Shown here: positions 12,040 through 22,518 of the stretch, one piece after another
Position numbering within the stretch: the stretch's first letter is position 1
Layout: the number at the start of each line of letters is the position of its first letter
Position numbers and translations under genes: made by a program
Origin: Rhodosorus marinus CCMP1338
Taxonomy: Eukaryota > Plantae > Rhodophyta
Direction of reading: 5' to 3'
DNA: 64,000 bases
Assembly: GCA_029953675.1 (NCBI GenBank)
Contig: JAMWBK010000006.1
Location: forward strand, 1,116,001-1,180,000
The notes under the pieces: model-generated
What the model was told of the DNA's origin: nothing
Database searches by the model: none
What the model saw: the letters and a program-made list of their open reading frames with translations, nothing else

Positions 12040-15000
12040 CTACACAAGCTCGCAGTTGTCGACATAGGCAGAGCTACCACCCCGTGTCTGGAAGAAGACT
12101 CCGTATGGATTGACACTGTTCGAGGTTGTGAATTCCAGGCTCACTTGCCTCCAACCACGGGATGCAAGTGACTTGCTCACAAGCACTCTTTTCCGCTGCC
12201 CATGCACACGCGAGTCGACACCGATTCTGAGCTCACCGGCCGTTGTTCGCACAAAGCATGTCAAGGTGTAGTTGCGATTCGCTCTCAGTACAATGACCTG
12301 AACTGCAAACCCTCCCCTGCTAGTCAAATCCATACTATAGCCATCCTTATCCTGAGATATATATTTCTCGAACTGCGCCCCGCCGAAAGTGCTCCAACCA
12401 CGCTCTCCATTGCTAAAGGATGGGTTGCGGAGGAACTGTCCGTCGCTGAGGGCGGTAGCAGGAGTCACGTCTGGCAAATTGGAGCTGGAGCGCTGCCTCT
12501 TCGGTCTTAAGCTATCCGTTCGTAGTGAGCAATAATCCGCGTACCCGGACACACCCGCCGCTGCCTTAATCAACAAATCGAATTCCCCGCTCACCTTAGG
12601 AGTAAACCTTAGGATTTTCTCGCCCCACGTCCTATTAAGCTCTTCATTAGGAGGATCATCGTTCCTGGCAACAACGGCTCCGTTTCTCGTGATCATGAGC
12701 AGAACAGTACTCATCTTCGTTACTGCGCACGCGAACCTGTACGTTCTGCCCTTTACCAGTTCAACAGTCTGAACAGCGGTGGACTTGTCGTTTTCTAGGT
12801 GCAATCCAATCTTTCCGCTGTACGCAACGTTTTCGAAGTTGGCTCCTGCGGAAAGATCCCAAGCCCTGCTCTCCTTCTCAAAGTCCCCATCAATCATACC
12901 GTCTCCGGAGCTACCACCGGGCTTCGGCGTCGGTGTTGGTTTGGGCGTCGGCCTGGGCGTCGGTTTCTTGGTTGGCTTGGGCGTCGGCTTGGGCGTCGGT
13001 TTCTTGGTCGGCTTGGGCGTCGGCTTGGGCGTCGGTTTCTTGGTCGGCTTGGGCGTCGGCTTGGGCGTCGGTTTCTTGGTCGGCTTGGGCGTCGGCTTGG
13101 GCGTCGGTTTCTTGGTCGGCTTGGGCGTCGGCTTGGGCGTCGGCTTCTTGGTTGGCTTGGGCGTCGGCTTCGGCGTTGGCTTCTTGGTTGGCTTGGGCGT
13201 TGGCTTCGGCGTTGGCTTCTTGGTTGGCTTGGGCGTCGGCTTAGGCGTTGGCTTCTTTGTCGGCTTGGGCGTCGGCTTCGGCTTGCCTGTGGCCTCGGGA
13301 GGATTGCCGGAACTGAAGAATGATTTCCCATCACTCGTCCACCCAGAGGGAGCCCTTGGTCGCGGTGTCACACGAGGTGCCCCAGAGGGCCTCGATGTCG
13401 AGGTCCTGTACAGCGAGCAATCGTCGATTGCTGCGCGACCATCAGCTGCGAGCAGTCTGAGAAAATAGTTGCCGTTCCTTGGGACGTCGAAGTCCATCTG
13501 CTTCTCCCCAAAGTACTTGTTTCCAGCGTAGTGAGCAAGAGCATAATTCTTCGCGAAGGGAACAGGCGTCCTTTCTCCAAATACCAAAAACCGCACCATA
13601 TCTCCAACGACATCGCACGTAAGCCTGTAAGTTTTTCCTCTCTCCAGCTTCACCGCTTGTTGTACAAAGCCGCCTTGACGAAGATAGGCCGCTCTGCCTT
13701 TCTTTGCGTACTTGCTCTGGTAATACGCGCCTCCAGCCATGAGCCAACTTCCCCTTGCTTCGAAGTCGCCGTGTCGCAGGATCTCTTTACCCACTGGGTA
13801 TTGCTCCTTATCCGGAAGTGGTTGAGGTCGATTCCCGCCAGAGAACAAGGTTGCGCAGAAGTCCGGCTTTTCCCCGGTCACACCATCCACGCCGCCCATG
13901 AAGCAGCAGGCCTGTCCAGAACACTGATCAACCTGCATTGTAACAGTGCTGATCGTGCCTCCCCCATAACCGTCAGTATATTTGACGCCAATGGTCGGGT
14001 TCCTTCCCAGCAGATCCAAATCTACAGCGACAATAAAGACTCCAAACCAGAGGAAATGGTAAGTTCTCGGTCCTCCAGCAACGTCCGGATTGTAGAAGAC
14101 TGGAACACCGTTCACAGTGATCTTCGGGAAGTCCCCCCTCTGCCATCCTCGGGAGTGCGCAATTCGGATGAATCCCATCCCTTTGCCCGTCGGAATGTTG
14201 CGGAATCTAAAGAACTGCTCCTCGTCCTCAATCGGTACGAGCACTTTGCTGTTGTAGTGCCTGGATCGCTTGATCACGCTGCCGCTTGTCTGAGAGACTT
14301 TCTTCGCGAACGTCAGCTCGTAGGTAACCATCTCATCATGTCTGATGCTAATAGTATCCGGGGCTCTGGCAGGACCTCTGCTGGAAGCCTGTGAAACGAC
14401 CCTGTCTTCGTACATGATCTTGCCTCCTCTGTCCAGAGAGAGATTCTTATCTGCTCTTGTTAGAGCCCTGTCCGCGAGCCAAAGTCTCTTCCTCTTCACG
14501 GTTTGCAACGGAGCCGGTAGGTTCTTCGGAAACTTGAAGTCGACCTCGACAGTCGCATTCCTGAGGTTCTGCATGATCATCCAAGCCTTGTCTCCATCCA
14601 GGAACGCGTGGACATAAACGTCCGGGTGCGACGAGTACGAATATGCAAAATCTCCATCAACTCCCTGGAGCATTTGGAAATACCTAACGAGGTTCGTCAT
14701 CTTGTATTGCCCGTTATTCTGTTTCACAACCATGGACCATGGATACTTGGGTTCTCCCTTTCTGGTCCTCTGTGCTGGGTCGACCGTGATGAATGAGACA
14801 GCTTTCAGCATCTTATCAGGGATCCTCAAAAGACCATGCAACACCTTCATCGCTTCAGCCATAATCTTGAAGTCCTGACCGTCAGTCGCCGGTTGCGCCT
14901 TCTCCTTCTCCTTGTCGTACCATCCGATTGTGTACGATCCCATTTCAGATACAACGTAGTCATAGACCTTTCCTCTCTCCTTCTTCGTATAGCTCTCGAT

Positions 15001-15840
15001 GAGATCGATATTTCCCTCAGCGACAGCGCCTCCTACATCGTATAAATGCTCGGAAATGAAGTCCTGGCACCCATCCATATTGTCCATCCAGATCTGCATC
15101 CTTCTCCGGAAGTAGTCGAACTTCTGGAAATACGGTCGGGTAAAAGCCGCTGCAGGTCCGCCAACCTTTATTTCTGGGTGCATTTTCTTCACAGCCTTGC
15201 AAATTTTGTTGCATTTGGAGGCAAACCTTCTAATCATCTCCTTCTCCGATTGGTTTCCAGGGCGGATCCTGCTCCATTTCACCATCGGCTCGTTCATACA
15301 CTCGTAAATGCGTGGTCTGAAGAAGCCCCTGCTGTCATCGAAGAAGTACTTGAAGTACTGACCAAGGTACCAATAGTCCTGCGCCCTCTCCCGATTGATA
15401 AAAGCCTTCATCTTGTTCGCGGGATCAGATAGAATTCGATCCGCAGGAATGTATTTCCTTGTGACTTCAGTGCATCCGGTGCAGAAGCGTGGCCTCATGA
15501 TCTTCTCGCCCTCGGCCTTCATTGCGCTGACAGAGATCTTGTCCTTCTTCCATAGGTCAGAGCCAGAGAATGGCCCATCACCAGTAGTTCTCGCGAACGT
15601 GATGCCTAGAGTGTCCGCAAAGTATCGCATGGTCTTCTTGGGTAACTTCCCCTCGCTGTACCTCCCCTGAGCGACAACGAAGTCATCTCTCTTGAACTTC
15701 TTGACTCCCCCTGTGTTGAGGTTCGTTTGGAAGTCACATGTTATAGTCGTCCTCTTGGTACGCAATCCATCCACCTCGTTGAGAGTGATCGTCAACAGTG
15801 ACAGAATCACCATCAACGCAGAAACCTTGTACATCGCCAT
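12040..15840 (-). CDS. Secreted GH86 beta-porphyranase/beta-agarase-like glycoside hydrolase with three CBM4/9-like modules and a Pro-Thr-Lys linker (1266 aa, intronless)
   Basis: Signal peptide [28 protein letters not shown] clan acid/base motif [10 protein letters not shown], then GGPAAA, HLYD and the nucleophile motif VVSEMG. The beta-sandwich ending [13 protein letters not shown]...[16 protein letters not shown] resembles the beta-porphyranase A C-terminal domain. Three repeats start with a GDFE/NPSF-type motif ([38 protein letters not shown]). Confidence 0.9.
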   Translation of the reverse strand: MAMYKVSALMVILSLLTITLNEVDGLRTKRTTITCDFQTNLNTGGVKKFKRDDFVVAQGRYSEGKLPKKTMRYFADTLGITFARTTGDGPFSGSDLWKKDKISVSAMKAEGEKIMRPRFCTGCTEVTRKYIPADRILSDPANKMKAFINRERAQDYWYLGQYFKYFFDDSRGFFRPRIYECMNEPMVKWSRIRPGNQSEKEMIRRFASKCNKICKAVKKMHPEIKVGGPAAAFTRPYFQKFDYFRRRMQIWMDNMDGCQDFISEHLYDVGGAVAEGNIDLIESYTKKERGKVYDYVVSEMGSYTIGWYDKEKEKAQPATDGQDFKIMAEAMKVLHGLLRIPDKMLKAVSFITVDPAQRTRKGEPKYPWSMVVKQNNGQYKMTNLVRYFQMLQGVDGDFAYSYSSHPDVYVHAFLDGDKAWMIMQNLRNATVEVDFKFPKNLPAPLQTVKRKRLWLADRALTRADKNLSLDRGGKIMYEDRVVSQASSRGPARAPDTISIRHDEMVTYELTFAKKVSQTSGSVIKRSRHYNSKVLVPIEDEEQFFRFRNIPTGKGMGFIRIAHSRGWQRGDFPKITVNGVPVFYNPDVAGGPRTYHFLWFGVFIVAVDLDLLGRNPTIGVKYTDGYGGGTISTVTMQVDQCSGQACCFMGGVDGVTGEKPDFCATLFSGGNRPQPLPDKEQYPVGKEILRHGDFEARGSWLMAGGAYYQSKYAKKGRAAYLRQGGFVQQAVKLERGKTYRLTCDVVGDMVRFLVFGERTPVPFAKNYALAHYAGNKYFGEKQMDFDVPRNGNYFLRLLAADGRAAIDDCSLYRTSTSRPSGAPRVTPRPRAPSGWTSDGKSFFSSGNPPEATGKPKPTPKPTKKPTPKPTPKPTKKPTPKPTPKPTKKPTPKPTPKPTKKPTPKPTPKPTKKPTPKPTPKPTKKPTPKPTPKPTKKPTPKPTPKPTKKPTPKPTPKPTKKPTPRPTPKPTPTPKPGGSSGDGMIDGDFEKESRAWDLSAGANFENVAYSGKIGLHLENDKSTAVQTVELVKGRTYRFACAVTKMSTVLLMITRNGAVVARNDDPPNEELNRTWGEKILRFTPKVSGEFDLLIKAAAGVSGYADYCSLRTDSLRPKRQRSSSNLPDVTPATALSDGQFLRNPSFSNGERGWSTFGGAQFEKYISQDKDGYSMDLTSRGGFAVQVIVLRANRNYTLTCFVRTTAGELRIGVDSRVHGQRKRVLVSKSLASRGWRQVSLEFTTSNSVNPYGVFFQTRGGSSAYVDNCELV
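12921..13285 (-). repeat. 36-bp coding tandem repeat, ~9.5 units, encoding ([12 protein letters not shown])n
   Basis: The plus strand reads (cggcttgggcgtcggcttgggcgtcggtttcttggt)n. There are nine KK-containing units; the central ones are identical and the flanking ones carry mostly synonymous changes. Confidence 0.95.
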
Positions 15841-18800
15841 ATCTAATCTCCCGTTATTAGCAAGAGTAAGTTATTTTCCTCAAAATCTAGCCCCCCGAGA
15901 GCGTTCCAGAAAGTACACTACTGTCTCTCCTATTGTACAAGCCCAGCCATTTCTCCGTCCGTCCTGTCTACCAACCTCGCACTGTCCGATTTTCTGATTC
16001 TCGTTTCGAAGAACCTTCCCTGACTGGACGAACGTGCGGCACAACTTACGCACATCTTCTACTCTGCCTGCCGAGCCGACCTTCTGCGAACTTTACCAGG
16101 GTGACTAATCCTTCTTATATGAAATCCAACTCACAACTGTCTAAGCTAAAACTCTGGTGCAAATTCTCTTGTCAAGAGCTTGTGACCTTCCACAAGGAGC
16201 TAGTCCAGAAAAATCCAGAAAATAATACAGAAAACGAGCGAGGCACCGCAGATTTTTTTGCTTGAACGAGGTCGAGTTTTGTTTTTGCTTTTTTTTCGCT
16301 TGAGAGGGACAAGACAAAATTAAAAATTCTGTCGGTGATCGACACAAAGAGCAAATGTGCCGGGCTTTCGATACCATCCAAAAGCTTACCAATCCACAGA
16401 AAAGGGGGGAGAGAGCGGGAACCAAAAAAAGGAAGAAATTGATGAAACCCGAAGCGCAACATGATCCGGAAAGGGGCCTCGCGACGGCTTTCATAATTTC
16501 CCCGGGGCCTCCGTTGAAAACAAATTATAGCATGAATTATTGTTCCGGCGAAAAGAACAAGCCAGGAAAAAGAGAGAGGAAGTGCGACACCCAAGGTTGA
16601 ACAGACACCCACCAAACAAAAAACCCCTTCCCCTCCCTCTTCTTCCCACTATTCCGTAATTATTTCTTCCTCAATTCATACAAAAGACGAAAAATTGTCC
16701 TCAAGTCCCGTCCCCATGATGCTCGAAACAGAAATTCGAACACACATCCATTCCCACCCACCCAAATGCTTCTGTACCGATGAAATCTAAGGGAAATCAA
16801 ATGCCAATCGCGTCCCATCCATTTGCTACTCAAGTCCCATTTTTCATAAACAATTTCTTATCTCAATTCATGTTTTTCAATTTTTGCTTAGGAGCTTGAG
16901 TTTGCCACCCCAAGAATGTTGACCCTCTCCTTTCCTTAATTATACTACAAATATTACTTGCTTCATTCCCATCGGATATGATTGGTCGTTTGCAAAAGCC
17001 GTTCAGTATTGGAACCAAGTTGAGAATTGAAGTCCTTATATATAATCTTTATAATGGTAAGAAAATACACTGTTCGGACCACCGAGCCACTTTTGTCTAT
17101 CCCCAAGATTTACAAGGTTTCGAGGCAGGGGGGTATCGACCCGTGATTTGCTTCCGAGCTTTGGGAAGGCGAATTTCAAAATAGGGGTTGGATATATTGC
17201 CCCGCTGATCTAGCTTTCTTCGATTTTTTGGTGAAATATGGGATTTCTAGGTTTACAGGTCACCCATGGACATTGTCCTTGTAGGGGGGGGAGAGGGTTG
17301 AGCACCAACGGAAATTGGATGGACCCATGCCAGGGTGAAATTCAAGTTCGGAAATTCGTTTTCGGGATGAAGCACTGTTCCGTGTTTGAGACATTTTAGA
17401 TCCTTGTAGAGAATTTATTTCGATAATACAGAATATATCTAGGAGGATTGCTCAAAACGGGGGAGCCGGGGCTAGAAGTTTTCTGGAATTTCTTCATTCC
17501 AAGAGTGACTCGTCTTTATTCTGAACAAGAATTTAAATCTAGCTCAAAATGGTCTGCTTTAAGGATTAATGTTGGAAGTTTTAGAACTTTCTCAAGCCTA
17601 AAACGGTGCACAAATATGTGAAATCTTACGTTCCATGTTCCCAAGGACCCTTTTTGAAACCTACACGCTCATGGAAGTATCCAACCGCAATCTTCAGCAA
17701 TGGACTCAGGAAACAGTGTATTGTGAAAGCAATATAAGCGATATATCATCTCTTATTCATTATTTCTGAAAGAAAAGCGTCTTCCGGCCTAGACCCGGAG
17801 GGGTCCTGGTATCTCCATGCAGTTGTGCCAACAATACCAGACACCTTGAATTTTTGAAGAACTCATGATCGCCGACGAGCATCAGGGCAACCCGAGCAAC
17901 TCTTTTACGCAAAAATAGTGTAATGTATTCCAATCTACTCCTATCTTTTGGTAATATTTACTATTTACATGGCTAAAACCGACCAATTTCCTTTGGAGTC
18001 TCTGTAAAGTTCAGAAAGGAACCTAAAATGGAGGAGCCTCCGAGATTGGGGCATGGGATGGGTAATGTGTGCAAACACAAGCATGGAAAAATTGATCATG
18101 CAAAAACGAAAAAGGGGGGAATGCGAGAAGGGTTGTTGTGGGTGCCATCTGCCATCTTTGGTACTTCAACAAGGATTATCTCTATATTCTGAAGCGTTGG
18201 GCGAATTTTGCTTGGAAGTGGTAATGCTTGACAAACCGGATCGAATAGGATTCCGTTTGCTGTTTTTGAAAGGTCGGAAACTGTACATCGTTCCTCGCAA
18301 TAGATACACATTCACTCCTCTCACATGTTTCTGCGGTCCGGTTGGACAATAAACTGCAAAGGTCAAGGTTCCGTGTTCGCCGCGGGTTTTTTCCATTCTA
18401 AGGACTATTTTAGACCGTTTTTGGTCTTAATCATCACAGACGTTGCCGATGTTGATTGGCTGATTCTTCAAACTAATGGATTAATATGAGTTATGAGCTG
18501 TACTCTCCTTGGAAATAGACCCAAAGTGAGCTAAAATGACTTCATTTTTGCCTTAGCTTCTTTTTTTGGGGTGGGACATGGAATCGGGTGTGCGGGGATT
18601 GAGTCGCCTGCCAAGTGTGTATATATAAACGGACCCGATTCAATTCCACAAGAGGATTAGAATTTTTCACTTTTAATCGATTCTGTCGCTTCATAAAGGA
18701 ATGGACACGGCGGTTCGACACAGTGGATAAAAATTATATGATTTTGAGGACTGTGGCTTGAAGGGTTTTTGACCATAGGAAGGGTAGGATTTTAAAAAAA

Positions 18801-21800
18801 GGGTGTGTGGGTGGACAAACTAATTAATTCACCTGGATCACGGTAGGAGTCTGAATACGTGGAGCTATCTCCGGGTCAAAGGGGCTCAGAGGAATTGCAC
18901 GGGAACGAGGGGGGACACATCTCTCCCGGTCCAAGCTTCGTGAACCTGTCTCTTTCCCACGAACCTTGTTTCTGTTGGAAACCTACCGAACAGGCATAGG
19001 CGAAGTTTGTTTCTCGATCCTTGAGTACTGGTGTCCTTATGACTGACCACTTTACAGTTCTGTTGCGAGTCGTTTTGCGTTGAGGACTCTCCGGCTCCAG
19101 CGGCCTTTTTCTCTGGCTCGACTGAGCGCATCCTGTCTTTAATCCGAGTCACGCTCTGTGGGGCCGTCCTTCGCCCGGGGAATATTTCGAATCGAGGTCA
19201 CGACGAACGCATTATGCCATGGACCTTTCTTCGTACTATCGATCGCATCATCCGAGCATGTTCATCGTGGATGGACTGAGTTTAGACGACCTCAGCGGTG
19301 TGCTCCGCCTGATTCGGATACCGGCTAGTGTAGGTAGATAGCTATTATAGCGCACAGCTGTAAAAGTAGGTCGAGGACCACTTCCACCAAGCATGCCTAC
19401 GTTGGAACCATATCCGTGTGGGGACAAGGGTATCGTCGATTCGTAGGCTTTGGTTGCCTATTGTTGGGAACTTGGCCATGTTCTTCTCGGTTTGTGTGTC
19501 TCTGTATTCCCCCGTTTGAACTCGAAAATGAGTGCTTGCCGGTATGGCAAGTTATAACCGGTGATGACCCAAAATGCCATTTTTTTCTTCCACCTATTCG
19601 AAGTACAAGTATCCATCCAGTCGTACCAACTTTATCCGTCCGTACTCACCGTGTCAATCAAAATCCATTTAACGTTAAACCGCAAACACTAACTTTGGTC
19701 ATTGGCAACTAACTTCCCAGTGCGCTCTTCCCGCATCTAGGGAGTGTATCAGGCGCTTCCACGCTCGATCCATTAGACTGGCTCCCCTGCTCGCTGGTCC
19801 CATGGCGAGGAACCGCTTGTGGCAGCAAGTTCCCCTTACCTCGCCGGCAAAGTCAAGAATTGAGCGTTTAAGACCCTTTTCAAATCAAAAAAAAGCTAAG
19901 GAAGTCCCCCAATCGGGATAAATAGGAAAGATAACACTCAAAACACCGAGCTTGGTGACAGAAGATTCTTCTGCTTCAAAAAAAAAGAGCCCGGATCGCT
20001 CAAGTCATAATTAAGGCGGTCCTACGGAGAACCAAGTTGGCGGTCGATCCCGTCGTTTTCTTCCAAACTAAACATATTAGGGGTTTCAAGTATGGACTCT
20101 TTTCTGGAAGGGGTAGGTCTTGGATCGACTCTCACCGTAGAGTTTGGGACGGATCTTCACCTTGTACACAGTTTTGGGAAGCGTCTCATAAAATTCTTGC
20201 GGGTTCTTGATACTCGGAAAACGTTTGTGAGATGGTTTGGAAGTGTGTCATCTGCGAGTCCCCAGGGGGGGGGCTTGAGGCAATTCTGTAAATGAATAGC
20301 ACCTCTTGGGTCCAAATAGGGAGACTTTTCATCCACGGGAACCCTTGGTTTTTTGCGTTTCACAACCTTTTTTTAGATCGGTTTATGCTTCAGAGGGGGG
20401 CAGGGGAGAGCCCGCCAATAGCTCTTTTTTGTCTCCCCATTGCATCGTGGTTTGTCTGCTTTTTGTTCCGTCCTTGGAGCATATAGACTAGCGTTTCCAA
20501 AGTTCAGTTCTCAGTTCATGCATATGCGAGTTTGTCTCTGGAAGTGGCGTTTGCCGCGCAATTGGAGAAATTTACCTGAAAGAAGAAGTCCAAATCGGGG
20601 AATGTGCAGTAGTTTTTGTCGTTCGTGTTCAACATCATATGGAAAAGATGGATGCCTGGGTTTTCCAAGCAGATCATATTCCGTTCTTCTCCCGTGCTTC
20701 CCCCCGGTGGCCAAGCTTTCAAGCAGAGTTTCCGCTTTGGGTTCATGTTGCTTGATTCTGTCCCACTAGTCAAGGGACGCGTTGAGAGGAAGGTGATACT
20801 CTTTACACATCGGCGTGTCTGCCATGACCCGTCCAGGCCATCCCTCCGACACAATCATCGCGCTTATGACGTCGCGAGTATCAGCAACGAACGATCCGTT
20901 TATGATCTCAGAGTATCTTCATGCCTTGGACGAGACACGGGTTTAGACCATCGAAGAGCATGGAGGAGAAATATCGCGGTACAAGCGATATTTCGCCCGC
21001 CGAAAGCTTTTGGGCCTGGCAGCTATGCACTTGCAGCACAGAGGGAGAGCTTGTTGTTGTTGGGGGGAGCTCGAAGCCGGATCAATCGGCAACTTTCACC
21101 ATCCGTGGGGAGGATGTTCAGCTGAGGTTCATCCTAAGCGGAAGCAGGGCTGCTGGTTTCCTTAAACGCAGTTACAACGGCCTCAAGTCGTTCACAGTAT
21201 CGGTCCATGCACGGCTAAACGACCGAATGAGCTTGACCACCTCAACCCGACCGGATTTTTCTTGACTGAACCATAGTCAATATAGATTGAATAACATAAA
21301 CCCAATCTCAAATCTAGACCCTGTGTCTCAAGCTAATTATAAAAAACAAAGGGAAAAATTGGTGCTCAATTTCAGCTAACTTACGTTAACTAAAATTGAA
21401 CAACATTTTTGTTTACGCAACAACTCAAAACATAGAAATTCGTCCTTTTCATTTGTCCTACAAAATAATCATGGCATTCTAGGGAAGCCACTTGCCACGC
21501 CGGACCATCTACAACAGTTTCATAATTTAGAAAGGAAATATAATGAATCCTGTTTACTTTTCAGATACTATTCCATAATAACAGGTACAATAACTTAAAT
21601 ATATCTAACTCTGTCAATTCAATCATTTTATAAGAAAGCTTCAGTTAGAATCCCTATATTTAGACCGCGCAAAACCGTGCTTCCCTATTCTTGAAATGAA
21701 CTTACGAATCTGGAATTTGCTGACACTGTCCTAGTGAATGGCATCGTTTTCGATGTATTTCTTCAGCAATATTGTTAGGAACAAGTGTTTTTTTATATCC

Positions 21801-22518
21801 CCTCTGAGTGGGCTGAGGTGGGAATTGAAATGGTTCAGCAATGGTTTGTACAATCGACGACAGCGACTTTCTGAAGTACCAGACTGGTAATTGTGGTGTT
21901 TCTGACATGGTCGTTGCTGTGAATTAGCATCAACATCAATGGACTGATTGTTATGGAAGACTTTGGTTACGCATTTGTCCAAGTAGAACCGGGCTGGTTC
22001 TTCCCGCCAACACATATTTCCTGTCAGTTCTTCCTGCTGAATTGAACTATGTGCGTCCCTTGTGGACGATGGGCCTTGCTGAGTTGAACGCTGCAAGAAT
22101 TGAAGGGGTAGGAATCCTAAAGAAAAAAGAGGTAGATGCTACGGAACTAAGCAAAACCAGTTGCAAATGAGGCTGGTTGATAGATCTAGCCTCCCAAACG
22201 CAGGGGCCAGTGGAGCATGAGGATGGTGCTGGACGTTCCTTCCCGGTGCTCCACGTTATAGCTCACTCACGTGCTGGTTTCTCATGCAGTTCTTGGAACC
22301 GACACAGAATTTGATGAATCGACTGGTTCTCTCCATTCCAGCACGCCTATGTCAAGTTAACTTGTTGACCCGCTCACGAGCTGGACGTCAAAGCACTAGA
22401 AGAGTAGGTGCTAAGCTTTCGAGGAGAAACGAGCAACGCGAAGGTGGAGTCGAGGGGTACGCTGCTTAGAGCGAAGAGTTTTGCTTGAGTTTATGGGCGC
22501 CGCGTGGATGTAAGAAAC

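Noticed and set aside
12779-13468. Long antisense/alternate-frame ORFs (GLGVG..., RRLG..., AWAS...) over the GH86 linker
   Set aside because: These are artefacts of a stop-free 36-bp tandem repeat inside a well-supported gene.
17550-18400. Helitron/transposase-like peptide fragments (e.g. KDGRWHPQQPFSHSPLFRFCMIN)
   Set aside because: The resemblance is limited to a few residues, the frames are broken, and no helicase or DDE motif is visible.
20968-20994. 10-bp hairpin gaaatatcgc/gcgatatttc
   Set aside because: Short enough to arise by chance, and it lies in a possible coding island.
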